Assembly (NCBI GenBank): GCA_050084985.1
Contig: JBITNC010000001.1
Span: 84,878,001-84,942,000, forward strand
DNA length: 64,000 nt
Direction: 5' to 3'
Source of the DNA: Nageia nagi
Taxonomy: Eukaryota; Plantae; Pinophyta
Positions within the stretch are counted from its first letter, which is position 1. Each line of letters begins with the position of its first letter. Of this stretch, positions 38,196 to 51,528 are shown piece by piece. The notes beneath the pieces are model-generated. The model was given only the letters and a program-made list of their open reading frames with translations, searched no databases and had not been told where the DNA came from. The translations under genes were made by a program, and so were the position numbers.

Positions 38196-39876
38196 TGTTA
38201 TGATCCCATAATGTATTATCTATGTTACAATAGTAGTTGATCATATCTTTTTCATCCTTGTGATTATGTAGTTGAAATTTAAACAGTTTTCATATTTGTA
38301 TCTCAAGACTACATAATTTAAATTTCAAAATGTATGGAGTTATATGGTATATTTTATGAGAACATTGGGGTATCCTTTTAAATGCTCTAAGATCTAAAAT
38401 GGGTAAGAGTAACTCACCATATCTTTTTTATCTATTCAAATTTGCTTATGAGATTTTGTGTTTTCTCAGATATTAATATCACAAGTTCTTGGTAAAACTT
38501 TCAAATTATTTCAAGAATAATTATTCGATTTATAATAAAATTGGTGATTGCAATTTTGATAAACAAAGGGGTAAAGGTAAAATCTTCATAACTATTACAT
38601 ATGACATCAATTTGGGATAAAATTTTAGATATGGATGATTATCCATGGTACCTATATATAGAAAAAATTTCAAAAATTTTGCAATTGATTTAATAGCCAT
38701 TTTAATTTCTAAAAATGGATACTTTTTGTTCCACCTTTCCACACACATACATTGGAACAATATAAGGATGAAGAGGGTATTAACAAACTTTAGAAAACAC
38801 TTGAAAAAGATAAATTTGAATTTCATGATATGGTTAATGACCTAATTAATACAATAACCACTCTTCAAAGGAAACTTGTTTTTTCTTATCAAGAACTTCA
38901 TGGGTTTATTGTTGAGAAGTCAATTTCTTTGAATATCAAAGAGCATAACATATAGTGTGAGGCTCTTCCTCTCATTTGTATCAGTCAAGATGTGGTGGAT
39001 CTAGTTTATTCAGGTTTATTAGAGCATGTAGTAGAGTGTGAGGATATATCTCTTACTCGTATTAGCATTGATAACATAAAATAATAAGATTTCATGGAGT
39101 ATTCATGTAAGGATTTTAGAGTGCAATAGACAGATTTAAAAGCATTGCAGGAGGACTTTAGAGCGTAGCAACAACATGGTGGTTTTTTTATTTATTCTTT
39201 TTGGATCATTCTTTTTATTTTCCACTCCTTGACATAAGCATTATCATTACCTTGGTGTGATTTTTATACTCATATGGGCTCAAATTTAGATTTAATACAT
39301 TATTGGCTACTTTGGATGAGTTGGATTCCATGGCTTTTACTCTCTCTATTGTTTATGGAGGGATTGCACTTTGAATTTTGGAAAGCTTTGAAGAAAATGC
39401 TTTTTAAAGGGGTTGGCAATGTAATGAACCTCCTTATTAGATTAGTAGGCTATTTGTTTTTATATATGGGGGGATTATGTTAATGTATGTAGGCTATTAT
39501 GTTTTGATGTATAGTGTGTACACACTTTGAGGACAAAGCTTTCTTAAGAGGGTGGTAATGTTATGAACCCATAACATATTATTTATGTTATATTAGTATT
39601 TATCCCACATATAATAGGTTTGGAAGGTGAAGGGTCACAAAGGGCTATTTATATGAGGCCTTCCCTATTGTAATGATCAAGTAGGAAATATAATTCATTT
39701 GAGGAGAGAACTTGTTCTCTAGGAGGTGCCCCACTCATAGTGGTGCAAGAGATCTAGTTACTTCAATAAGTTGTATTTGTAATGGTTTTGTATATTTGAA
39801 TGGTATTTGCATATTGGAGTGGTTTTATATGTATTTATGAATAATCCTATTATTATGAAATAGTGGGTTCTTAACA
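38196..39876 (+). mobile_element. Degenerate LTR retroelement remnant with intact 3' LTR (39559-39876)
   Basis: PPT AAGAGGGTGGTAA, then TGTTATGAACCC...GGGTTCTTAACA. A partial copy of the LTR start lies at 38196. The LINE frame resumes after 39876 (LCAK*LIRV). Confidence 0.65.
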
Positions 39877-41877
39877 TGCTCTTTGTGCCAAATAGCTTAT
39901 TCGAGTTATTTCAAGAGAAGAGGCATGGAAGGTTTTATTTCAGTATTTTATTTCTATAGGGATTCCTCTAAACCATTGATATTGGAAGGGTACAAGTTTT
40001 TCTTCCCTCGTGAATGCTCCAGTATCACTCACGCTTTCTAGCTCTTTTGTTATCAAAAGTATTTGGAAAGCATGGGAGCAAATTAAATGTTGGCTCCAGT
40101 GAAAATGTTTGGATTCTCATAAGAATTTTTTTGCTAAGCATTTGAATATGTGGTGGTTTTCCATTCTTACCCTTCAAGATCTATGACTTGCTACCTTTCC
40201 TTGGATTCGTGCTCATCGATTTTACAAGAAAGGTATTGCTACTTTGTTGGATTTTTACTCTATGCATGATTGGGGTTGGCTTTCTTGGCCTTTGTTTAAA
40301 CCCAAGAATGAGCTTTGCCCAAATGACAAGAATACATATGAGGTAGTCTCGGATATTATCCCTATTTTTGTTATTTTGAAACTTCACATTGAGGCTTAGA
40401 AGCCATGTTGGTCAAAATGGTAGTGGTTTAAAGCAACCCCATTTCGTAACTACAAACCTAGAATGGGGTACTAATGGCTCTCTCCTAGCTTGCCCATGCA
40501 TGATAGGCTTAATATGAAGTGGGATCTTATTTCTACTAGAACTAAGCGGAGGATTCAAATTTAGATAGTTTGGAATTCATACATTGATCCAAAGTTCTCC
40601 TTTTTTTCTTGGTATTTGTTGTCTCAAAATCTTCTATTGGGTCCTCGATTGGTCCATCTAGGGGTTATTGACACATGCTATATTTTTTATAATCAATAGG
40701 AGTCTTCCTTTCACATTTTTTGGGAATGCCCAAAAGCTAGGTCTTCTTGACTTTGGATTGATTCCTTTTTCTTCCTATACATGACTCATTCCTTAGCTTG
40801 GTTTTATATTTTGCTAGGGAGCTCTCTTGATTTCTCTTTGGCTCTTTCTGAGATTTGACACATTTTTTGTACTACCATCTTGTTCTATATTTGGAAAGAT
40901 ACGAAAAAAATGATTTTTTATCAATTGGAGCCTTCTGCTTTCTTTTTAACTAACAACCTATTGATTTTCCATGATGCTCAGTTGCAAATTTATGTTCAGG
41001 TTGACAAAGTTCATATGGAGCTTACCCACTTGCGTGACCTTCTGGATTTTTGGGGCAATGTTCCATGTGCTATTAGCAGGGTTTCTCTTGAGCCCCATGC
41101 TCATTCATACTCTTGTTCTAGATATTGGCAACGCCATCACCCCTTGCTACACATTCAAGATCAATTCCCTCCCCCTCCTTGTGACTAGAGTGCCCTACCT
41201 CCACCATTGGAAGAATCTTCTCTCTATGTTGATTGTTGGGGACCTTTCCCAGAGGTGATGATAATTATTTGATCAATCAATGGTTGGCACACTAAGCATG
41301 ATTTCCAGACTCCTACAGATATGACCAATGGGTGGGATGCGGCTCCCAAGTCAACTGATTCCATTGATAACTTTGGTTGGGATATCATCCTAATACCTAC
41401 TAAATAATTGGCAGAATTTGGTGGATGGAGATGATCACCAAACACTCTATTCCCAGAAAGCTTAAGTTTACAACTATGCTTGTTTTAGTTTTGTAATCCT
41501 CAAATAAATTTACATATGTCTCATCCAACAAAAGAATACAAATAACATCAAGATCAACACATAACCAACTCAACCAAACCTTTTAAATTATGTAATATTT
41601 TTCTACTTGCAATGGCAATGACAATTAGTGAGGAAAAGCGTTCTGTAATATTTTTCTACCTGCAATCGGACTTGGTGAAGAAAAGCGTTCTTATAGAAGT
41701 CCAATTTACGTCTGCTGGTCCCCCTTATCAAATTTCATGAATTTCTTTCAACCACATACGTCAATTATTGCATGAAATATCTTACACCTGACCCACTACT
41801 GACGAATGTCATTTTTATTTGAGCCACCCCAGAAGAGACTTCTGTAGGTTACACGAAGCTCTTACTTGATTTACAGC

Positions 41878-42816
41878 CCTTATCTTCTTCCTTACTTGTG
41901 GAAGTGCGTCCACTGATAAAAAATTTACAAAGATGGATCCGTAGAACGCCTGCTTGGCACCGCCACGGTTCCTCCATACCCTTCACGCGACGGACTCGTG
42001 GTCTCCAAAGACGTTACATTTGATGCGGAGGCAGGGGTTTTCGTCCGACTGTACATTCCTCAATCCTTTGAGTCCACCCAAGCACGAAAGGTTCCAGTCG
42101 TCGTATATATCCACGGTGGGTATTTCTGCATCGAATCCGCGGCTTCCCCACTTTGTCACACCTACGTCGGCTCCTTTGCGAAGGAAGCCCACGGGATTTG
42201 CGTGTCGGTGAATTACAGAAGAACTCTCGAGCACCGTCTTCCGGCAGCATACGACGGCTGTTTGAGCGTTCTTCAGTGGCTGGACGCCCATGGTGGAGAA
42301 GGGGAGGGGTCGGGACTCGATCCCTGGATCAAGTCCTACGCCGACGTCAGCAGGGTTTTCTTGGCAGGGGACAGTTCGGGAGGAAATGCTGTACACCAGG
42401 TGGGCGTTATGGCGTACGAAAAAAAGGGGGGATGTTTGCGGCTGGAGGGGGGCATTGCGGTTCATCCGTTTTTTGGCGGAGCAGAGGCTTCTACTAAGCG
42501 TACCGATAGGATTTTGTAGATTTGCATGCCGGAGGCGGATGGCTTGGATAAAGATCATCCGTTTATTAATCCAGAAGGTCCGCGCTGTCCGTCTCTGTGG
42601 AAGGTAGCGTATAATCGGATTATTGTGTTTGTGGCGGAGAAGGATTCTCTTAAGGATCGAGGGCTCATGTACTACGAGGGCCTGAAGAAGGCAGCCAAAA
42701 ATGTGGAGGTGGTGGTAACAGAAGGTGAAAAAAACGCGTTTCATCTGTTCAGTACAGAGTCGGAGAAGGCGGCCATTATGATGAAACAGATTTGTGGTTT
42801 CATTCACTCGTCTTAG
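41878..42816 (+). pseudogene. CXE: Carboxylesterase (CXE) copy 2
   Basis: IYKDGSVERLLG, VVSKDV, VYIHGGYF, GDSSGGN, HPFFGG, AEKDSLKDRG, EGEKNAFHLF. Start codon deleted, +1 frameshift in an A-run near 41920, 33-bp deletion, TAG at 42517-42519, and the catalytic His position reads Asn. Confidence 0.93.
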
Positions 42817-44290
42817 CAGGCCTGGAATTTCACAGGCCAATGTAAAATCTATTTTTTTTTTTTTTTTTTAAATTTATTTAGTGCCAATCAATTTACTTTT
42901 TGTCTAAAATTATGAACTTTCATTTTTTAACCACTGCAATATTCATTACAATTCTTTTGGAGAGATCGATTGGAACCATGCACATGTTGTTGGCTATTAA
43001 CTGATGTATACAGCCTATTCCTCACATGGTAAGCATCAGTTCGAATGCTTAAAATAATAGCAACCATGACATCTTCAGCATGATACATTCCTTCAGCCAG
43101 TATTACATTTTAATAATAAATGTGTTTTGATATTGTTAAATTGTTAAAATTAAAATTATATTTGATTTGTAAATTTTATTAAAAGATGGAAAAATATATC
43201 TTAAAAAATGTTATAATTTTTTATGAGATTCCTTTAGTTGAGTGTTGCTATCTAGGGGCATCCATGTCTTATCCACACCTACTATTAGATAAGATTTTTT
43301 GTATGTTTCAACTTTTAAGAGCATAGAGTTATGAACCTTAGGCATCCCAATATGAGAGCTTTCGACTACCTGTCTCTCTAACTCTCCTATCCATCAATTC
43401 ATAAAATTTTACAATTTAAATATGCCTTTGATTTTTTTAAAAGAAAAAGTGTATCTATTGAAAGAAAAAAATTCAAAGTTACCAATGCAAACATACGCAT
43501 ATCCAAATCTTATTTGTTCATTGCTCGCTTTAAAGCCACTATAACATCTTTTTGAAAGTATAACCACAATGGGCTATTGAACTTTATTGGGAGAAATGAC
43601 CATATCTTTGTCCTTGTCTCATGTACTTCTATTGTTTCATTTCCATATTAGACTAAGGTTATTTATATATATAGACAGTCTATATAAATAAGGGTATTAT
43701 AATACATATTCCAAACACATACATTCATGAGCAACTTTGTTATAATTTATGAAAACAATTAATATAGAAATAAGGCTATCTAGTAACAAAACAAAGAATT
43801 TTAATTCTTATAACAATATCTTTAATGTAATGAAAGAATCAGTTATGCAAGAAATCAAAACTAATTCAAATGACCTTAAAGCTTATTATAATAGAAACAA
43901 CAATCATATAGATATATATTTCTAATTACATATTGTATAAAAGATGTTTGAAAAAAAAAAGTATACCTTCATTCAATAATTACATTATTTCACATAACCA
44001 AATACATAGTGAAATATTCATAGTTTTATTTTATCTTTCAAAAAGGAGCAAAATTATTTCATGGATCTTAATTTTCATATTATAAATCCTAGTTTAGTAA
44101 ACCAATAGTGATTGTAGTTTGTCATATACTCTTCCATTTGCAATAAGTTCAAATGATTCTAGTCGAACCTTAAAATTTAGTAATTTTCCCCAAGCTTGAA
44201 TGTTAACTGCCAAGTACCAAATATGGTGCCAGGTTGGTAACTATTAGATTTGTAATATATGTTACATATAGTGTTAGGACATGGTAGATG

Positions 44291-47200
44291 TGTTGGGATG
44301 GAAATATTTCCTCTTAGTCAGGTCATCAAAAGATTAACAATTTGGGAAAGCAACACATCATCTAAGTAATATCTCGTTACTTATCTCCACTTGAAAGGAT
44401 TAAAAACAAAAGGTTCATGCATGTGCTTTGTTTGTTTGGAAGTTAACCCATAATATTTTAGGCCATTGGATTATTTTGAAAAGATTGAAAGTTGTTTCTA
44501 TTTCAAAGAAAGTAAAAGAAAAATAATAAAATATTTCAAATATAATAAAGGATGAGAATGAACAATGAAGTACTAGTTTCCCAAGGTGTTTTTTCACCAA
44601 CAATGCATTGTCTAAACTAGTTTCTTATCATATTAATTAAGAAACTTCATTCATTTATCCTACTTACAACAATTTACAATGTCCACAATACATACAAATA
44701 GGAGTGCAAGGTAATTTGACTTGCTAGGTATCACCAAATATGGAAGAAAATGAAATAAGCATTCACAAAATAACTTTAATGGAAGCTTATAATATAATGA
44801 AATAATAAGAAACAATTCATTATTTACTTACAAGTTATGAGAAATGATAAACTTAACACAATCCATATACTTCTAAATATATCACATAAATATTTCTTAA
44901 AACATCCAAGTTTTCAAGGAAAGTGGTACATAAACACATGTATTATAATAAGCAATCAGATAAACACCAAATCCACCTCAAAACTCCAAATAAATGATAA
45001 ATATAACTTCAATATTAAAATTAACCACTTCTATCACAAATCAAAGAGTTCACAATCTCCAAACTACTTTCTCCTCACTTGCAACAAGTTTGTTCTAAAT
45101 GAAAAATGACCACCCTTGGGGTAATTATAGTTTTTACAAGGGTTGGTGTTTCCCAAATTCCAAGTGTTACCCTAATTTAAATGAATGAAAATAAAATTAC
45201 ATCAAATGTCTTAACATGAAAGCAGCCAAAAAAATATAATGTACACTTGGCAGACAAAAACTCATCCATAAAAGGTAGTAAAATAAATCTTTAAATAAAA
45301 AAAATCTCAAAATGAAAATATCTCAAAAAAACTATGAGAGCATAGTATATTTCACATAAAATGCAATATGTTCTTAGAATCTAGACCCTATGAAATCTTT
45401 AGCTTATTTGATTTTAGTTACTATGATTTCTATGATGCAACAATTATGCTCTAGGTACTTACTGACAAAATTGGAAGTACATCCCATTTGAAACCTCTAG
45501 ATCGATAGTTGCATATCATTTTTGTACTTATCTCCCTACCTTGAGAATGTTGCTATCTTTTACATAGACTAGTTCCTGAATCATATTCTAACATCCTAAA
45601 CCACCAAATCTAATTTTCTCACTTCTCCTCCATCCTTTATAAGTCTTATCTTCTACTGATATTCTACCAATTGTCACTTTCCATACTCTTTTTTCCCCTC
45701 CCATCTCCTCCAAGATAGCACACTTTTCCTTTACATAGTTCAACCATCATAATTGGATAATAATATATTAAAATAATTTCTCTCTTCTTGTTTGTTAGCT
45801 AAAATCTTTCATAATGCAACTAATGTAGGGTAACTCTTATCCCATTTTTCTAGTAATTCAAGGATATTCTTCTTCATGTTAACTATTTTTACTTTAGCTA
45901 AAATGAACTCTATCATTAATAATGATAATTTATTGACCGATTTCAAAGTATCCTTCATCAAAACATCCTTCATTTACTCTAATTCAACATTAGGTAAATA
46001 TTATATCTTAATATCATTGATCTTCATCTTTGTAGCCTTAATTTCTCTAACCAATTTTTTCTTTCCTGTTAGCACCTTTTTGAAATCTCTAATCATCAAA
46101 TCCTTCAAGTTTCATTCCCTTTCCATGGAAATTTCATTAGCATTAATAGCTTTTTTCTTCTAAGCCAACCAATCCTTGCTACATTAAACTCAAAAGTGTG
46201 TACTCTAGGATAATGTGGCCTTGAGGCTTATTTTTGTTGGAATAGAATTTATTGATCATAATCAAAGTTTCTTTCATATCCATAAATATATCGATTCTCC
46301 TCAATAGTGAGAGACAAGTTTAACGCCTTCTTCTTCATCTTCACTCATTGGGTTCATCTAAAGGATATTGAGGAATGTATTCATGTCAAATATCCAATCT
46401 TTATTTTCATTACATTGATGCTTCCCTAAGGGCATATCTTTTACCTCTACCATCTCTTTACCTTCATGCTCATATAGCTTTAATTTCAAACATTGTTCTT
46501 CACTTTCTCCTTCTTCATCTTCATCACCATCATTTACCCCATAAGTGAAAGCCATCTTTCAGTAATCTAGATATTTTATTTAATACAATCTTCTAGCTTT
46601 CTTTTACACTATAAGTGGATCATTTTGATTTTTTGGTGTAGGCAACTTCATAGATCTCATAGCAAAATTTTTCCACTAGCTTTCTGATCTTTTCCATCTT
46701 ACTTGAATCTAAATCCATATCTCTTTTAGGCCAACCAATATTGACGTTAGTCTTAGTGTAATCTAAATCAATGTCGATATATACCTATTCATTAGCTTCT
46801 TATTGATTCAAATCATCTTCACCTCCTTTGAACTCTTCTCCATCAGTGTTGGTACTCTCACTACTATCACTATATCTAAAAGAAGATGAAGAACTAGAGC
46901 TATGAGACCAATAGGATATACTTTCTAGATTGGATCCTTGTACCATACCTTCATTTTTCTTCTTAAACTCTTTGAAATAATAAGAGATACATCCTACCAC
47001 TTTAAATACTTCCATATCCTCCTTGATCTCTAAATCTAGCTCTTTGGCCATTTGAATTGAAATATTCATTGTCTTATATTTCCATATGTTCCCTTATTTT
47101 TCTACCACATAAGATGGAGTATACCCCACTACTAAAGATGGACCTACATTGTTATCTAAGGGAAAAGGTTTCTTTTACTCTTTACTACCATTCCTTTTCT

Positions 47201-48810
47201 TGGCTCTAGCTAATGCTAAATTGATACTCTAATTTTTTCTCTCATCTCTTAAGTTTTGATACCTCTCCATACTCCCAAGGGATTTGATGGAATATGGTTT
47301 CTTGAGGGACTTCAAAAAAACCCTTTGTATCTTACCATTTTGATCATATCTATTAAATTCCTTCTTCTTCTAAAATTCATAGTGAGTCAACTCCTCCTTC
47401 ATTAAATTGATATTAATCCAAGAGATACAGGTATATTCTCCTATAACTTTGGGCGATTTTGTTGTGATAGATTTCTTCCTCGAAACTTTATCATGTAAAA
47501 ATAACAAGTATATACAAAATTTGAAAAGCATCAAGTCATTACTTGTATACCTTAGTAATATAAGAGGGGATTCTTCACATCCATATACTTTGATGTACAT
47601 TGCATTTTGATATTTGAGATAAAAAATAGCATAAACCCTCAGAGCCTCTATAGCTTCATTACTGATCCTCCTCATCGATTCCTTTCTATTGATTTCCTTA
47701 TAAGTATCATATGCCCATCCATCATTCTTCATGATGAAGTAGTCCTATCTTTTATTAATCCACCACTTGGGAAAGCTTTTTCATACAAGATATATGGGAA
47801 TATGCATATCATATAAAAGAAAGTATATCAAATAGGTATTTAGATAAAATATTTTGGAAGTAACTATAAATTATATCAAATATGTATTTAGATAAAATAT
47901 TTTGGAAGTAACTATATAGTTCAGCTATCTAGTTATAACATCACTTATCACCCTACTCCACCTAATCCTTTTTCCATTTCAAATATTATAAATAAATCCT
48001 ATGAATTTTGTTCAAAACCTAGAATCATTCCCTTTTCTTGTTACCCTTGACAAGAAAATTATGATCTTGAAAATGGTGGGATAAAACAATGTTCTCTTGG
48101 TATTGATAAATTTTTATCCAGTAATTTATAGGCTATATTCTTATAGCCATTCTTGAATCATGTTCCTAGGTTTGGCCAATTGATTATAAAATTCATGATA
48201 TTGACCCTAGATGTAGATGATACCTTCATTTAGTCACTCAAAATCCTTTAAAATCATTTTGGGGATGAAATCTAGTATTTGATTTCTTATGATCTCAAAG
48301 AGTTCCTTCTTTTTAATGTCACATAATCTCCCCACTTTGTAGTATGATTTAAAAAAAGGGGCAATGAATGGCATGGTTATGGTTGAGATGAGTCATGATT
48401 CATGTAACACGTATTCCTTTAATTCTTCTTTTTTAATTTTGGATATTGGTTGTAGCATCTTCAACATATATTTGTAGGACTAATGTGTATCTCAAATATG
48501 AGCCAAACTATTTTTTAAGACATCTCTAGGATATAGGGGTTCAACCTCCTTCATATGCTCTATAGGGCTATCTTTCACTAGTCTAACCAAATTTATCTCC
48601 CTCTCTTTCCTAGATATAGTCTTTGTATTGATTCTTAGAAGTCCTCATTTTAAGCTTGATGAACGTACCCATCGTAAATTGAATAAATCTATGGTGAGGG
48701 TTTGGGTATTTTGACCTTGAAGCTCAAATGAAGGATATGGTAGGTCATAGGAGAGTAACTTGTATAACACCAATTTTGAGTATTAAAGTTCAAAAGCAAC
48801 AAGGTGATGA
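44291..48810 (-). mobile_element. 5'-truncated large ORF-bearing LTR (related to the 27551-33506 solo LTR), copy A
   Basis: The minus-strand end ...AGGAAATATTTCCATCCCAACA resembles the solo-LTR end. TATA-like AAAACTATAATT about 840 bp from that end. Same ORF-TATA-end layout. Confidence 0.62.
45588..48648 (-). pseudogene. Homolog of the LTR-embedded accessory ORF, copy A
   Basis: KNSLAHI*DTH, IIFLSRV, GKRIRWSRVISD, MKNDGWAYDTYKEI, ALRVYAIF, LFLHDKV, IGEYTC, MKEELTHYEF. Acidic Ser-rich middle and Lys/Glu-rich C-terminus. Confidence 0.78.
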
Positions 48811-48920
48811 AAATGTAATTTTCATATACTTTTTAAAAAAAAATTATTTAGTACCCATCAATTTACCTTTTGTCTAAAATTATGAACTTTTATTTTTTAA
48901 CTATTGTAATATTGATTAAA
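48810..48920 (+). other. Relic of CXE 3' UTR (third copy)
   Basis: TATTTAGTRCCMATCAATTTACYTTT..TCTAAAATTATGAACTTT is shared with 42870-42945 and 33650-33720. Confidence 0.8.
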
Positions 48921-49219
48921 AAATTAATTTATTTTTATTAAATTCAACAACTATAAGATTCAGAAAATTGATCAAAATCATAAATTTTCAATAAGAAAAT
49001 ACAAATATATATGTTGAATGTTTTAGTGACCCCCAAGATTAACCTAGGTAGAAACTATGTTAAACATTCACATTTAATGATATGTTATGTACCAATAAAG
49101 ATAGGAGTAATAACAATAATTCAAAGTATTGAAAATATAACAACAAATTTAATGACTTAAATTATTGGATAAAGATAACATCAACATACTATTGATATAG
49201 GTATCAAGAGATAAATATT

Positions 49220-49880
49220 TGTTAAGCTTACCTAGATGATAAAAAAGTACATGTAGAAAGGAACTTATCGAAGGATAGTGGTCTCGACATGTGAATCCCC
49301 ACACCAAATCTAGTCTACAATCCTAGCATAGACACATGTATAGGTGCGGACATTGAGCTCTCAAAAGTTGGCACTAGGATCGATCAGTCATGACCATCCT
49401 ATGATTAGAGTTCAAAACTATGATCCAAATTATAATAGTACATTGATAAGTTATGTTAAATATATAATTATGAAAGATGGAGTGAAAAATATGTTTAAGT
49501 GATTACAATATCCCAATCTCAAAAGGTGGCCTTAATAAATACCTAATCATTTAGGTATTCTCTATTAAGATGAAATCTTGAGCCTTTCCCATGTAATCAT
49601 ACTTACCATTAAATATGCAAGAGAACCTCTGCATAGAAGCTAGTGCCAATATTAGGGTACCTTGCATAAATAAGGATGAAATTACATAAGAACTATTTTA
49701 AGTGGGTTAATACATGAAAAATATAATAATAAGAACATAAAGTAATATTATAATTAATTATGAGCATAAGTTGACTTAATATAAGAAAATTATAATAATA
49801 AGAATATAAACATAATATAACAATTAATTATAAGCACTGATAGGGGGTAAAACTAAAGTGTTAATGAATACACCCCTTGT
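49220..49880 (-). mobile_element. Probable copia-type LTR remnant (duplicated at ~57649-58315)
   Basis: Begins TGTTAAG and ends next to a pyrimidine tract CACCCCTT/CTCCCCTTT (PPT on the minus strand). No coding evidence. Confidence 0.4.
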
Positions 49881-50984
49881 AAGTTTAATTGGAATGAAAT
49901 GTATAGAAAATAAATAATGTGATATGAAATAAACATGACACTACTTATCTATAGCTCAAATACTGAAGTATACATATGAAATACACTAGTTATTACAATA
50001 ATAAATAATGTACCTTATTAGATCTGATTATCTTAATGACAATCAACACCTTTGCACAATTGCTACAAATATAATCATCATATGAATGGCATTAACAACC
50101 CTAGCATTAACATGTTGCTTATGATGTAATTCCTTAAGAAATAAATTCATAAATAAAGATATAAGAAAGGCAATGAAGTGATAATAACAAATTTTTGAGT
50201 AGGCGGTGTTACAAAATATAGTTGTTATTTAGATATATGATAAGCATGACATTTATTATCTAATTGATGATGATATTCTCATGTGTCAATATTTTTCCTT
50301 AATATTATTTTATATCCATGTATGGATCTTCTTCTTATCTTTGTATCATAATATATTACATAGTTGATGATGATCTTATGGGAATTTGATACCACTTTCA
50401 TTATTGGGTGGTCCTTTTACATTAAATACAATTCCTTGGGTGTATTTCAATCCTTTTTCATAATAAATATCTATTGATGCAATATAAATGAATTATTAAT
50501 AAATGAAAATTCATTTTTGAGCATCTACATTTTGCCCCTTTTTGGAGGTGTAATGAAACACATTGAATTACATATCCAAACAAGAAGAGTAGAAGAAACA
50601 TTTTGAGAACTTTGAACTCTTTATTCAACAACATGATATTTCAATGCAGGCCCTTCACTACCCCCTTTTGGTTTAGGCTCCATGGGAAAGCTTCTTTTTT
50701 GGTGTATCTAAGATAAAATACTATTACACTTTGCCCCTTTTTATACTTCAATATGGAGCTAATTGCTCCTTTATCTTTAGAGTTAGACATATTAGTGTCC
50801 ATATCTAGATACAAAAGATGTTTATTTAAGCATTCCAATTATTTTTTAGGAGTGATAAATGACATCAATGATGTATGATCTATGCTTTTACAACATGGAT
50901 GCTTTGAATTCTTCATATATTTTTTTGACCTGTAGAGAAAAATTAGATTAAAGAATACCCTTTTATAATAGACTATATTAGAAA

Positions 50985-51355
50985 TATAACATAGTTTATG
51001 GATACATAGTGAAATGCATCATCCATTGGGTATGATATAATATCAACATTCTAACATATATTTGCATCATTAGTTTACATTTGAGTGAGTGAACTCTAAC
51101 TATCTATATCATTAGCCATCGGTGATCGAGTGTTTTATGTCCCTAATATAGAGATATTATGCTTTTAAGATTGTAAGCATAACCATTTGGATAGATAGTA
51201 AGGTGCATAGTCCATTGGGTATGGGTAAATGTCAACATCCTTACTTACAGTTGCATCATTGATTTACATTTAAGTGATTGAACTATCATTAGCCATATTG
51301 TTTGCTATCAGTGATCAAGCATTATGTATTCCTGAATGGAAGATATTATGCTTTT
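50985..51355. repeat. Two ~190-bp tandem repeats downstream of the gypsy pol fragment
   Basis: TCCATTGGGTATG...GCATCATT..TTTACATTT.AGTGA...AGATATTATGCTTTT occurs twice. Confidence 0.75.
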
Positions 51356-51528
51356 TTTTTATATTTTTGTTTTGCTATTGTATGACATTGGTGAACTAAA
51401 AATAATAATAATATTTAACCAATATAATTTTAAAATAAAATAAATAAAATTGAATTTGAAATAAGATGTAATATACATGTACCTCATTTAGATGCATTGT
51501 TAATTTTTAAGGTACTAACCTATACATA

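Larger units (their letters stand above)
35205..41434 (+). pseudogene. LINE ORF2 (AP endonuclease, RT, zf-RVT), interrupted at 37915-39876
   Basis: YWNVRGL, LQEIK, WIMCGEFN (EN); GLDGFSFEFFK, PIALLNASYKIIAK, IDFEKAYERIEW, FIDD (RT); ESSFHIFWECP and IWK (zf-RVT region). Confidence 0.92.
33750..41533 (+). mobile_element. L1-clade LINE, near full length, decayed and interrupted
   Basis: ORF1 and ORF2 motifs are in the expected order. A-rich end near 41527-41536. Boundaries are approximate. Confidence 0.9.
43500..49911 (+). repeat. Segmental direct repeat, copy A (~6.4 kb)
   Basis: Collinear with 51985-58338 at an offset of about 8.4-8.5 kb, from TATCCAAATCTTATTTGTTC to AAGTTTAATTGGAATGAAATG. 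Moderately diverged. Confidence 0.93.

Noticed and set aside
41878-42816. GID1 gibberellin receptor
   Set aside because: Lacks the GID1 N-terminal lid. The paralog retains the catalytic His that GID1 lacks, and the motifs fit ordinary CXEs.
41983-42840. 285-aa minus-strand ORF and other alternative-frame ORFs over both CXE copies
   Set aside because: Shadow ORFs of GC-rich CXE coding sequence, with no recognisable motifs.
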